Assembly: GCA_963833985.1 (NCBI GenBank)
Contig: CAWIAD010000001.1
Span: 2,112,001-2,176,000 of the forward strand
Direction of reading: 5' to 3'
DNA: 64,000 bases
Source: an uncultured Planctomycetaceae bacterium
GTDB taxonomy: Bacteria > Planctomycetota > Planctomycetia > Isosphaerales > Isosphaeraceae
Shown here: positions 21,035 to 30,131 of the stretch, piece after piece
Numbering within the stretch: the first letter of the stretch is position 1
Layout: the number at the start of each line of letters is the position of its first letter
The notes under the pieces: generated by a model
Told to the model about the DNA's origin: nothing
Database searches by the model: none
What the model saw: only the letters and a program-made list of their open reading frames with translations
Program-made: the position numbers and the translations under genes

Positions 21035-23038
21035 ATGGATGCCAGCAAGATCGCACCTCAGCCCGCCCCCGGTCAAACGCTGGAGGATTCGCCCTGGTTC
21101 ACCAGGCTGGCCCCGAGGTTGGGCCTTCCGCTCTTCGTCGTCATCGCGGCGTTGCCGTCTCTGCGCCGCTTGCTCCATCCAACCATCTTTGGCGATGATG
21201 TGATCCGGATTTGCAAGCTGACCGCGCGGCCGCTTTCGGAACTTCTGTTCTCGCCTTTCTACGAGCATGTCTGTCCACTCTTCGAGTTCGTGTCGTGGAC
21301 GACCTGGCAAATGATAGGCCGCGACGTCGGCCTGGCCCCGCTCGGCTTCAGCATCGCTTCCGTCATTGCGTGGTTCCTGGTCCTGATCTTGCTGGCCATC
21401 TGGCTTGAGCGCGAGACCGGCTCGCGAACCGCCTCGCTGCTCGCCGTGGCGGTTGTGGCGCAATCGCCCCTGGTGGTTCAAACCGCGTGGTGGTACTCCG
21501 CCAGTACCTTCTCCTGGGCCATCGCCGGCATCCTGCTTGCACTCATTGGCGCCGGGCGCGCGGTGGACCGGCCGCGGCGATCGTTGCTGCTGGTCTGGCT
21601 GGGCTCGGCGCCGGGGCCGGCCGGCACATCGCTCGGTCACCTGGCCATGCCGCTGGCAATCCTCCGCGCGGTCGCGGACCCGGCGCTTTCCCGGAGGTCC
21701 AGGCTCGGCGTCATCTGCGCCGCTCTGGCGGGGACAGGCTGCTACGTTGCGGCATGCACTCTGGGCGGTGCGGATCTGCTCGGTCCATTCCGAAGCCATG
21801 GCGGGGGCATCCGTGACGCGCTCACGGGTGACTTGATGCCCAATGCCGGATCGCTCGACCTGGCGCTGGCGCTCAAGTACGCCGTCATCTTACCCGCACA
21901 GGTCCTTCTGCCTTCGTTCGTGGGCGTACCAGCTTCGTGGAGCCTCCATGCGTTGCCGGGCTGGTTCAACTGGGCGCTGGGGTCGCTGTTCCTGGGCGGC
22001 GTGGCCTGTGGCTGTCTCTGGCCAGGGCAGAGGCGGAACCGCCCGCTCCTGCTGGTCGCCGCTGGAATGGTCTACATGGGCTACGTGCTGGCGATCGCAC
22101 CCCGGATCGGCTACATCAAGGAGGGGTTCACCACCAGCGCCAACCTGGTCTACTTCCACGGATCGCGTTACCAGGTGCTGCCGTTGCTCGGCCTGGCCGC
22201 TCTCTTTGCGGTATGGCTTGCCTGTTTCGAGCGCTTGCGCCGCTGGGATGCGCGTCCCGGCAGGTCCGCGATGATGGCGAGCCTGCTTGGCCTTGTGTTG
22301 CTGGGAGTGCAATTTCCCGAGGTCTCGCGCCACTGGGTCCCATTCTTCCTGGATCATCCCGACCAGAAGCGAACGCTCTCGGCGCTGCACCGGGTAGAGG
22401 TCGTGGTGCGCGACGAGGGGCTGACGCGGACCCAGTTGCTCCGGATCAATGCTCCGGTCTTGCGGGCCTGGTGCGGGGGACTGGTGGCCAACCAGCCACT
22501 CGGGTTTCCGCTCATGATGATGATCGCCGCCCCGCAGCAGACCACCGAGGTCAAGAGCGACGACGAGGCACGTGCGCTGTTGCGCCAGCGGCTGACACGC
22601 GTCGAGAAGGCCGCGATCGGGATGGGATCGTGTGCGCCGTTCGGACCAGCGGAGCCCATTCCGGCGGCCCGCACAATTGCGGTGGCCAGGTTGGCCGAGA
22701 CGATCGACATGGAGGAATGCGGTCCCGGCAAGTACCGGGCGCCCGCTGGCCAGGGAGTGCTCTGCTATGAGTTCTCGCCGGCCGCCAGGGCACGGTACCT
22801 GGTGTTTCCCGGTCTCCGCGCCAATCAGGATTTCGCGATCCAGTGGAGTGAGGCGCCCGGCCGGTGGCATCCGGCTCAAACCCTTTACTGGCTCATACCA
22901 CCCACTCCGACCGAGATGGCAGTGATCGACCTCGGGTCGATCATGCATATGGCGGATGCGCCCATCACCCAGGTCTCGCTCCGACTGGCCAAACCCGGTG
23001 AACTCTCGCTCCAGGCCCCCCCGCGGTTGCTGCGGTGA
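21035..23038 (+). CDS. Multi-pass membrane protein (GT-C-like topology), function unknown
   Basis: About 10 hydrophobic segments, GDD motif after TM1, PFYEH, RY motif, soluble C-terminal domain. Confidence 0.65.
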   Translation: MDASKIAPQPAPGQTLEDSPWFTRLAPRLGLPLFVVIAALPSLRRLLHPTIFGDDVIRICKLTARPLSELLFSPFYEHVCPLFEFVSWTTWQMIGRDVGLAPLGFSIASVIAWFLVLILLAIWLERETGSRTASLLAVAVVAQSPLVVQTAWWYSASTFSWAIAGILLALIGAGRAVDRPRRSLLLVWLGSAPGPAGTSLGHLAMPLAILRAVADPALSRRSRLGVICAALAGTGCYVAACTLGGADLLGPFRSHGGGIRDALTGDLMPNAGSLDLALALKYAVILPAQVLLPSFVGVPASWSLHALPGWFNWALGSLFLGGVACGCLWPGQRRNRPLLLVAAGMVYMGYVLAIAPRIGYIKEGFTTSANLVYFHGSRYQVLPLLGLAALFAVWLACFERLRRWDARPGRSAMMASLLGLVLLGVQFPEVSRHWVPFFLDHPDQKRTLSALHRVEVVVRDEGLTRTQLLRINAPVLRAWCGGLVANQPLGFPLMMMIAAPQQTTEVKSDDEARALLRQRLTRVEKAAIGMGSCAPFGPAEPIPAARTIAVARLAETIDMEECGPGKYRAPAGQGVLCYEFSPAARARYLVFPGLRANQDFAIQWSEAPGRWHPAQTLYWLIPPTPTEMAVIDLGSIMHMADAPITQVSLRLAKPGELSLQAPPRLLR

Positions 23039-23117
23039 GGGCATCGCTCTTACAGTGGAATGAGGGTTCGCTCAAACCGATGTCAGATTTGAATCCATGT
23101 GGGAAAGGGGCGAAGCG

Positions 23118-23666
23118 ATGCGCCCACCGGCTATCTCGCTCGATCTGATCGCTGACTTGCCAAAGGTCTACCGGGTGATGATTCCACCCGCCTATGAGGA
23201 CCGGAACGGCCACATGAACATGCGCTGGTACCTGGCACTCTATGATGAGGCCGGTGATGCGCTGTACCCGCTGCTCGGGCTCAATGTGGAAGAGCTGGCA
23301 GCCTCGGGCATGGGGGGGTTCGATCTCGAGCACCACATCTGGTATCTGGCAGAGGTACGCATCGGGGACACCGTGGCCATCAGGGTGCGCCTCGTCGCAA
23401 GAAGCGAGAAGCTGCTGCATTACCTGATGTTCATGGCAAACGAGACGCGGGGCGTGCTCTCGTCGATCTTCGAATGCGTGCACGCGCATGCCGACCTGAG
23501 GATACGCCGCACCGCCCCTTTTCCCACACCGGTTGCGGCCAGGATCGACGCTTTCCTCGCCGCGCACCGTGCACTCGCCTGGCCCGCGCCGGTCTCTGGA
23601 TCCATGGCCATCCAGACCAGCCACCGGTCGCCGACCTCTCGACAGTCCGCGGTCGGCGAGTCCTGA
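23118..23666 (+). CDS. Thioesterase family (hotdog fold) protein
   Basis: EDRNGHMNMRWY, HIWYLAEVRIGD motifs. Confidence 0.85.
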   Translation: MRPPAISLDLIADLPKVYRVMIPPAYEDRNGHMNMRWYLALYDEAGDALYPLLGLNVEELAASGMGGFDLEHHIWYLAEVRIGDTVAIRVRLVARSEKLLHYLMFMANETRGVLSSIFECVHAHADLRIRRTAPFPTPVAARIDAFLAAHRALAWPAPVSGSMAIQTSHRSPTSRQSAVGES

Positions 23667-23697
23667 CCCTGGTGAGTCATCACGCGCAAGCCAATCT

Positions 23698-23737
23698 GGG
23701 GTAGACCCAACAGTCGTGTCACCAGGGGCCATTTGGG
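23698..23737 (+). repeat. Left terminal inverted repeat
   Basis: GGGGTAGACCCAACAGTCGTGTCACCAGGGGCCATTTGGG; 39/40 identical to the right IR. Confidence 0.95.
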
Positions 23738-23770
23738 GCCAAGGGAAGCGAGGCACGACCCCGCCCCGCT

Positions 23771-24318
23771 CTACGAGTGCAGCGCCCGATAGAGCGTGGC
23801 ACAGTGAACGTTGAGGACCTTCGAGGCTTCCGGGATCGAAGTCCCCTCGGTCACCAAACGGCGTGCGAGTGCAACCTGGTCGGAGATCAGCTTCGGTGGG
23901 CGGCCGAAGCGCACGCCACGCGCCTGGGCGGCCTTGCGCCCGGCATGGGTATGCTCCCTGATTAGTTCGCGCTCGAACTCTGCGATGCCCGCGAAGACCG
24001 TCAGCACCATCCGGCCCGCTGGCGACGTGGTATCCGCCCACGGTTCGTGCAGTGATCTCAGGCCAGCTTGCGCCTCGTTCAACTGCTCGGCGATCTCCAG
24101 CAAGTCCCGCGTCGACCGCGCCAGCCGGTCGAGTCGTGACACGACCACCACATCACCGGCCCGAAGCTGGTCGAGCATCCGAACTAGTTGCGGGCGATCC
24201 CGCTTCGCGCCCGTTACCTTTCTTCGTAGATCCGCTTACAGCCGACGCCCTCGAGCACCGCGCGTTGCAAGGCGAGATCCTGATCATCGGTCGAGACGCG
24301 GGCATAGCCGATCAGCAT
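23771..24318 (-). CDS. tnpR: Serine recombinase (resolvase), 1-nt frameshift near 24220
   Basis: MLIGYARVSTDDQDL in one frame; SRLDRLARS, AEFERELI, G.RFGRP and C-terminal HTH (ATLYR) in ORF 23771..24178. One A is missing from GAA AAG. Confidence 0.9.
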
Positions 24319-24331
24319 GTCGGGACCGCCT

Positions 24332-24444
24332 CGTTGCAAATGTCGTCGCAAAACATTCTCCTTTTGCGACAGACTTTTGCAACGCAGAAATGAGGCGTTT
24401 CACCCGTCTGCCGGGGCCGTCGCAAAAGTTAGGAGTTTCGCGAC
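24332..24444. promoter_or_regulatory. Putative res site between divergent tnpR and tnpA
   Basis: Inverted half-sites GTCGCAAAA/TTTTGCGAC (24345-24370), CGTTGCAAA/TTTGCAACG (24332-24384) and GTCGCAAAA/TTTCGCGAC (24419-24444). Confidence 0.75.
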
Positions 24445-25786
24445 TTGGACGGCGATGAGCGGGACATCCCCGAGGGCTGGACCCTGACACCGGCGGACCT
24501 GACGCTCGTCATGGCCAAGGGCCAACCTGACCGCTCTGAAGGCCGAGGTCACCGCGACCTGGCCCATGACCAGCCTGCTCGACATGGTTAAGGAAGCCGA
24601 CCTGCGTCTGCACTTCACCGAGGCCCTGAAGAGCCCGACCGCCTACGAGGCCCTGGATCGGTCCGTCCTGCGACCACGGCTCTTGCTCTGCCTACACGGG
24701 ATCGGGACCAACGCCGGCTTGCAGCGCATGGCCGGGCAGGAGTCCGGGGTGACCTACAAGGACCTCGCCTACGTGCGGCGGCGCTATCTCAGCGTCGACG
24801 CGCTGCGGCGGGCGATCGCCGTCGTGACCAACGGCACGTTGCACGCCCGCAACCCGGCTGTCTGGGGCGAGGGGACGGCGGCCTGCGCGTCCGACTCCAA
24901 GCACTTCGGCGCCTGGGACCAGAACCTCACGACGCAGTGGCACGTCCGCTACGGCGGCCGCGGCATCATGATCTACTGGCACGTCGAGCGGAAATCGCTG
25001 TGCATCCACTCCCAGCTCAGGTCGCCCTCCTCGTCCGAGGTCGCGTCCATGATTGAGGGCGTCGTGCACCACTGCACCGAGATGGAGGTCGACCGCCAGT
25101 ACGTCGATTCCCACGGCCAGAGCACGGTGGCGTTCGCGTTCTGCCGGCTGCTCGGCTTCCAGCTCCTGCCACGGCTCAAGGCGATCCACAAGCAGAAGCT
25201 GTCCCGGCCGGACGTCGGCCAAGTCGACGCCTACCCGAACCTCCGGGCGGTGCTGACGAAGCCGATCAACTGGGAGCTGATCCGCCAGCAGTACGACCAG
25301 ATGGTCAACTACGCGACCGCGGTCCGCCTAGGCACGGCCGAGACCGAGGCGATCCTGCGGCGGTTCACGCGCAACAACGTGCAGCATCCGACGTACAGAG
25401 CGTTCGCGGAACTTGGCAAGGGCGTCAAGACGATCTTCCTGTGCCGCTACCTTCATGGCGAGGGGCTTCGCCGCGAGATCTACGAAGGGCTGAACGTCAT
25501 CGAGCAATGGAACGGCGCCAACGACTTCGTGTTCTTCGCCCGCCGCGGCGAACTGGCCAGCAACCGCCGTGAGGACCACGAGGTCAGTATGCTGGCGTTG
25601 CACCTGCTCCAGAACTGCATGATCTACGTCAACACGCTCATGCTACAGCAGGTGCTGGCGCAACCGCACTGGAAGCAGAAGCTCGAACTCCGCGACCTGA
25701 GCGCGCTTACGCCACTGATCTGGGAGCACGTGAACCCGTACGGCCGCTTCGAGCTTGATATGAACTCACGGATATTACTTAAGTGA
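24445..25786 (+). pseudogene. tnpA: Tn3-family transposase with large internal deletion
   Basis: About 25 N-terminal codons (TTG after AGGAG; EGWTLTPADL) joined out of frame at ~24520 to the C-terminal DDE region ([31 protein letters not shown]). Complete Tn3 TnpA is about 1000 aa. Confidence 0.88.
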
Positions 25787-26127
25787 CACGATACGCGTTC
25801 ACGGGCCGATGGTGACAATCATTCAGGGACAAACAAGGTGCGGCAGCGTGAAAGCCGATCCAGTCGACGTGGGATCAGAGGCAAGCTCGCAGGGCGCGTC
25901 GGTCTTGTCGGACCGGAGCGGATGATTCTCAGACCGAGACAAAGTCGATCCCCGCAGCACGGGCCGGACCGGTCGATTCGGCGGCCAGGCCCTGGCAGGA
26001 TAGGTCCCATGGCACGCCGGGTGGCCGGACGGTCCAACCATCTCCCTCGACCGGGGAGGGAGTCGCTGGGAAACGGCCCTTTCGCCCATGATCCCTGACT
26101 TCCGGGATCTCCCCCACCTGGCAATCC

Positions 26128-27993
26128 TCAATTTTTCACCTTGTCCCCATCATGGACCTTTCCGACTCCATCGCTGACGATCCTGTCGCCCACTTTGATC
26201 CCCGCCTCGACGACGAATTCGTCATCCACCACCGCCCGAACGGTAATCTCTCGCTTGCGTGCAACGTTGTTATCCTCGACGAAGTAAACATACCTCTTGT
26301 CGTGATCTTCGAACGTCACCCTCTTGGGGATGACGATGGCGTCCTTCAACACGCGGTTGATCGACACGGTGCCCGTCTGGTCGCGTTGCAGGATACCGTC
26401 CGGGTTCGGAAAATCCGCGCGGTGGGCGATCATCCCATTCACGTCCTTGGATCCGGCATCAATCGCACCGAGCTTGCCGGGGTGCGAGAACTTGCGTCGA
26501 TCCGCCAGCATGAGCTCGATGGCGGGACTTCCTTCGCCTTCCCGCCGTCCGGCCATAGATTCGAGGTAGCTCTTCTCCGGCACGTTGAAATAGACCCACA
26601 TCACGCTGTTGTCGGCCAAGCTCGTGAGCTTGTCGCCCTCCTTGACTTTGCTGCCCACCTGCGCGTTCAGGCGACCGACGATGCCGTCGAAAGGTGCCTT
26701 GATGGTGGCGAAGTCCAGTTCGGCCTTCACCAGGTCCACCTTAGCCTGGGCCTTCGCCAGCCTGGCCTTGGAGAGCTTCACCTCATCGTCGGAGACGGCC
26801 TTCTGCTCGGCCAACTTCATGGCGTTATTCAACTTCACTTGCGCGAAGTCTCTCTCGGCCAGCTCGACGCCCAGCCTCGCCTTGAGGATGGGCGACGTGA
26901 TCTCGAACATCCGATCGCCCGCCTTCACCGCCTGGCCTTCCTTGATCGGGATCGGCGCGAGAAACCCTTCCACGAGTGCCTGGATCTGTATGTGACGACG
27001 CGAATGGATCTGCGCTGCGTATTGTTGCTTGATGGTGACGGTGGTCGGCCGGACCGTCCGGACCGAGATCCTGGGGGCCTGGTCATCCTGCCCCGGAGGG
27101 CCTGCAATCTCCCCCGCCTCGCCCCGCGTCACGCCCGCGACGCGACCCGCGCCAACCATGCAGACGAGCGACGCGGCCATCAGGCCGGCCGCGATCATCG
27201 ACGTTTTCAAAATGGTCATCCCCCTCAGCGTCGTCCCCACCAGCGCGGCGACGGAAGCCGGGACCGTCCCGGCCGCGCCCGTCCTGACCGCCATCCGGAT
27301 CGTCGCCGAGACCAGGGACGCCGGCACGACCGCCGCGGCCTCCGCCTGGCCCGAGGCCGCGAGGATCGCGACCGAGGGGGCCACGCCCCTCCTCAGGAGT
27401 CGAGGCCGGAGCCGGACTCGGGCCTCGGCCAGGCGGCTCCGCACGGTACCGACCGCCCAGCCGAGCTGGCTCGCGGCCTCGTCGTGCGTCAGGCCCTGGA
27501 AATAGCAGAGCACCAGCGGCTCGCGGTACTTCGCCGGCAGCCGGTCGACCTCCTCATGGAGGATCGGCGCCTCATCGAGGCGATCGACGTGAGCCATGGA
27601 TTCCTCCGGCCCCGGCCCGGCATCGACCCGTTCCCGATCCCTCCGCCGCATCGCGCATCTCCGGGCGGATCGGGCGACCCGCAGCGCGACGCCGTGGAGC
27701 CAGGGCCCGAGCGACGATCGCTTGCGGATCGCGCCCGCTCGACGGACGAGGACCAGGAACGTCGCCTGGAAAGCGTCGTCGGCGTCGTTGGACTCGCGGA
27801 GCGTGTCGCGGCAGACGCGCCAGACCATCGGCCCGTGCCGCTCGACCAGCGCCGCGAAGGCTAGCTCGGCGGCCGGCCCGCCCGTCGTGAGGAAGAGATC
27901 GAGTAATTCTCCATCCGACTTCCCGACGACGGTCCCCACCCCGAACAGCGTCCGAAGCCCTGCCCCCACCGAAGTTTTGGTCCCGTATGCCAA
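26128..27993 (-). CDS. ECF sigma-70 factor fused to an RND efflux membrane-fusion (adaptor) domain
   Basis: AFAALVERHGPMV..DADDAFQATFLVL..WLHGVA (sigma region 2), LPAKYREPLVLCY.QGLT..GTVRSRL (region 4), a TM segment, then EGQAVKAGD..IKAPFDGIVG..WVYFNVPE (HlyD/MFP). Confidence 0.9.
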   Translation of the reverse strand: MAYGTKTSVGAGLRTLFGVGTVVGKSDGELLDLFLTTGGPAAELAFAALVERHGPMVWRVCRDTLRESNDADDAFQATFLVLVRRAGAIRKRSSLGPWLHGVALRVARSARRCAMRRRDRERVDAGPGPEESMAHVDRLDEAPILHEEVDRLPAKYREPLVLCYFQGLTHDEAASQLGWAVGTVRSRLAEARVRLRPRLLRRGVAPSVAILAASGQAEAAAVVPASLVSATIRMAVRTGAAGTVPASVAALVGTTLRGMTILKTSMIAAGLMAASLVCMVGAGRVAGVTRGEAGEIAGPPGQDDQAPRISVRTVRPTTVTIKQQYAAQIHSRRHIQIQALVEGFLAPIPIKEGQAVKAGDRMFEITSPILKARLGVELAERDFAQVKLNNAMKLAEQKAVSDDEVKLSKARLAKAQAKVDLVKAELDFATIKAPFDGIVGRLNAQVGSKVKEGDKLTSLADNSVMWVYFNVPEKSYLESMAGRREGEGSPAIELMLADRRKFSHPGKLGAIDAGSKDVNGMIAHRADFPNPDGILQRDQTGTVSINRVLKDAIVIPKRVTFEDHDKRYVYFVEDNNVARKREITVRAVVDDEFVVEAGIKVGDRIVSDGVGKVHDGDKVKN

Positions 27994-28338
27994 GGTTGTC
28001 TAACCCCCAGTCCGGCGCGATCTCACTCTGTAGTGGCGCGAGGGCAGCAAGCCAATCTGATTTTCTCGGGAAATCGGCGAAGAAGAGCCCGAGACCCTCA
28101 TGGTCATCGCCGGCCACTCAGGCATCAACTCTCCGCCCGATCCTACTGACGAGCCGGATCAGGGAAGAACGTCACGCAGGCATGGCCTAGCCGACTTGAC
28201 CCGTGGGCTCACCCTGCACACGTCCTCAGAGGATTCCATTGCCTGCTTCGGTGTGGTCGATCAACGCGCCCGGAAGTAGCTTCGCGGGTCGACGCCTTCT
28301 GTAGGCTTGTCGCCCTCGACTCGTAAACGGCTACCTGA

Positions 28339-28378
28339 CCCAGATGGCCCCTGGTGACACGACTGTTGGGTCTACCCC
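28339..28378 (-). repeat. Right terminal inverted repeat
   Basis: Reverse complement of the left IR with one mismatch. Confidence 0.95.
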
Positions 28379-28474
28379 AATCTCACAGAACCGATTCCCT
28401 TCGACCCACAGGACACCGAGTGATGTCTTGGCGGCGGACTGGTCCCACCGGTAAGGAAGTGGTAAGCAAATCAA

Positions 28475-28549
28475 TCGGGCCGAGGAGATTTGAACTCCTG
28501 ACCTCTTGCACCCCAAGCAAGCGCGCTAGCCAAGCTGCGCTACGGCCCG
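28475..28549 (-). tRNA. tRNA-Pro (anticodon GGG), CCA not encoded
   Basis: Cloverleaf: acceptor CGGGCCG/CGGCCCG, anticodon arm CTTGC-TTGGGGT-GCAAG, T-loop GTTCAAATC. Confidence 0.95.
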
Positions 28550-28660
28550 ATTCCTGGCCAAGAAAAACGGCTCGTTGCCGAGCCGGCTTGTCCCTGGCGG
28601 AAATCTTATTGTAAGATACCCGGCTGATCTGTCAATCCGGCCCTGACGGGGAGCCGCTTC

Positions 28661-29596
28661 TTGGACTTCGCTGACCAGCTCATTGACGCCGTTCGGACCA
28701 AGGGCAACCCGGTTCTTGTCGGCATCGATCCTCGGCCCGAGGAACTGCCACCGGGATTCCTGGATCGGTTCCCGGGCGACCGACCCGGCATCGCGGCCGC
28801 GCTGCGGACCTTTGGATGCGATGTCGTCGACACGGTCGCCAGCCTCGTCGCGGCGGTCAAGTTCCAGTCGGCGTTCTATGAGGCGTATGGGCCCGACGGA
28901 CTGGCCGCACTCCATGCCACGGTGGAATACGCCAAGCAAAAAGGCCTGATCGTCATCTTCGACGGCAAGCGGAATGATATCGGCTCGACCGCCGAGGCTT
29001 ACGCTCGGGCCTATCTTGGCAAGGTCCCCGTGGGCGGTGCCTTCGACCCGTCCTGGCATGCCGACGCCATGACCGTCAACCCCTACTTCGGGACTGACGG
29101 CGTGCTGCCCTTCGTGAAGATCGCCGCGCGGGAACAGAAAGGCGTCTTCATCCTGCTGAAGACCAGCAACGCGTCGGCGAGCGAGTTTCAAGATCTCGTG
29201 GCCGACGGCCGTCCCGTCTATCGCCACGTGGCCGAAAAGCTCCTGCACTGGGCGAGCGGCCATCAGGGCAGGTCAGGATATCATCTGGTGGGCGCGGTGA
29301 TTGGGGCCACGTATCCGCGTCAGATCGAGGAACTTCGTACGCTGCTTCCGGGAATCCTCTTTCTCATCCCCGGGTACGGGACGCAGGGCGGCCAGGCGCG
29401 AGACCTGGCCGCCGCTTTCGATGAGAATGGCCTGGGGGCACTCATCAACAATTCGCGCGGGATCACCTTCGCCTACGAGCGCCACGCGTTTCAAGCCCGG
29501 TTCGCCGATCGCTGGCAAGGGGCCGTTGAAGAGGCCGTTCGAGAAATGATCGACGACCTGGCGGTCAATACCCCGGCCGGCCGGCTCCGCGGCTGA
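28661..29596 (+). CDS. pyrF: Orotidine-5'-phosphate decarboxylase
   Basis: VGIDP, KFQSAFYE, DGKRNDIGST, TVNPYFG, KTSN, GAVIGAT, PGYGTQGG, NNSRGI. Confidence 0.95.
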   Translation: MDFADQLIDAVRTKGNPVLVGIDPRPEELPPGFLDRFPGDRPGIAAALRTFGCDVVDTVASLVAAVKFQSAFYEAYGPDGLAALHATVEYAKQKGLIVIFDGKRNDIGSTAEAYARAYLGKVPVGGAFDPSWHADAMTVNPYFGTDGVLPFVKIAAREQKGVFILLKTSNASASEFQDLVADGRPVYRHVAEKLLHWASGHQGRSGYHLVGAVIGATYPRQIEELRTLLPGILFLIPGYGTQGGQARDLAAAFDENGLGALINNSRGITFAYERHAFQARFADRWQGAVEEAVREMIDDLAVNTPAGRLRG

Positions 29597-29745
29597 AGAG
29601 TTGACGATGGAAAGTGCAGGCGCCATCCTGGCTGTTAAATAGGTCCCCGTAAGATGGAAAGTGTGGAACGACCGCCCGGAGCCAGCCGAGGGCGGCTGGC
29701 CCACTTTCCAAGAGGCGAGGATCTATTTAGTGACGTTCCATCGGC

Positions 29746-29991
29746 TCAGAATTCCGGAAGCGTTCCCTGCTTCACGGCCCGGCGAACCATGAAGGCTCCC
29801 GTGGTGAGGAGTGAGAACGGAGCCCCGAGCAGGAGCATGATGCTCCAGTTGTAGCCGCGCGCCATGTTCGCGACATCTTCAGCGGGCGCGGAGACAGCCT
29901 CCTTGCAGTTCGGGCAAGCGGAGGCCGAACCAGCCAGGCCGATCGCCAGCACACCAGCCAGTGCCACGTTCCGGAACCGAAGAAGAGTCAT
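29746..29991 (-). CDS. Small exported/membrane CPxC-motif protein
   Basis: Signal peptide ending ASA, then CPNC, then one C-terminal TM helix. Confidence 0.7.
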   Translation of the reverse strand: MTLLRFRNVALAGVLAIGLAGSASACPNCKEAVSAPAEDVANMARGYNWSIMLLLGAPFSLLTTGAFMVRRAVKQGTLPEF

Positions 29992-30058
29992 ACAAGACCT
30001 CTCGCGAGAAAAGCAACCCATGCCAGGTGCACGAAGCATGACCGGTCTGACTTTAGAA

Positions 30059-30087
30059 AGTGTAGTCGGATCGTCGTCACGCGTCAA
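30059..30087 (-). promoter_or_regulatory. Sigma70-like promoter for the CPxC gene
   Basis: TTGACG-17 nt-TACACT on the minus strand. Confidence 0.55.
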
Positions 30088-30131
30088 ACGGTGCACCCGG
30101 TGGAACTGGCAGAGCGGCAGAGCCGAACGGA

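Larger units (their letters stand above)
23698..28378. mobile_element. Tn3-family transposon (4681 bp, non-autonomous)
   Basis: GGGG-initiated 40-bp terminal IRs, 5-bp direct repeat AATCT at 23693-23697 and 28379-28383, serine resolvase, res site and Tn3 DDE transposase remnant. Confidence 0.95.

Noticed and set aside
23698..28549. tRNA-targeted integrative island or prophage
   Set aside because: No tyrosine integrase and no duplicated tRNA 3' end seen; boundaries are fully explained by Tn3 IRs and the TSD
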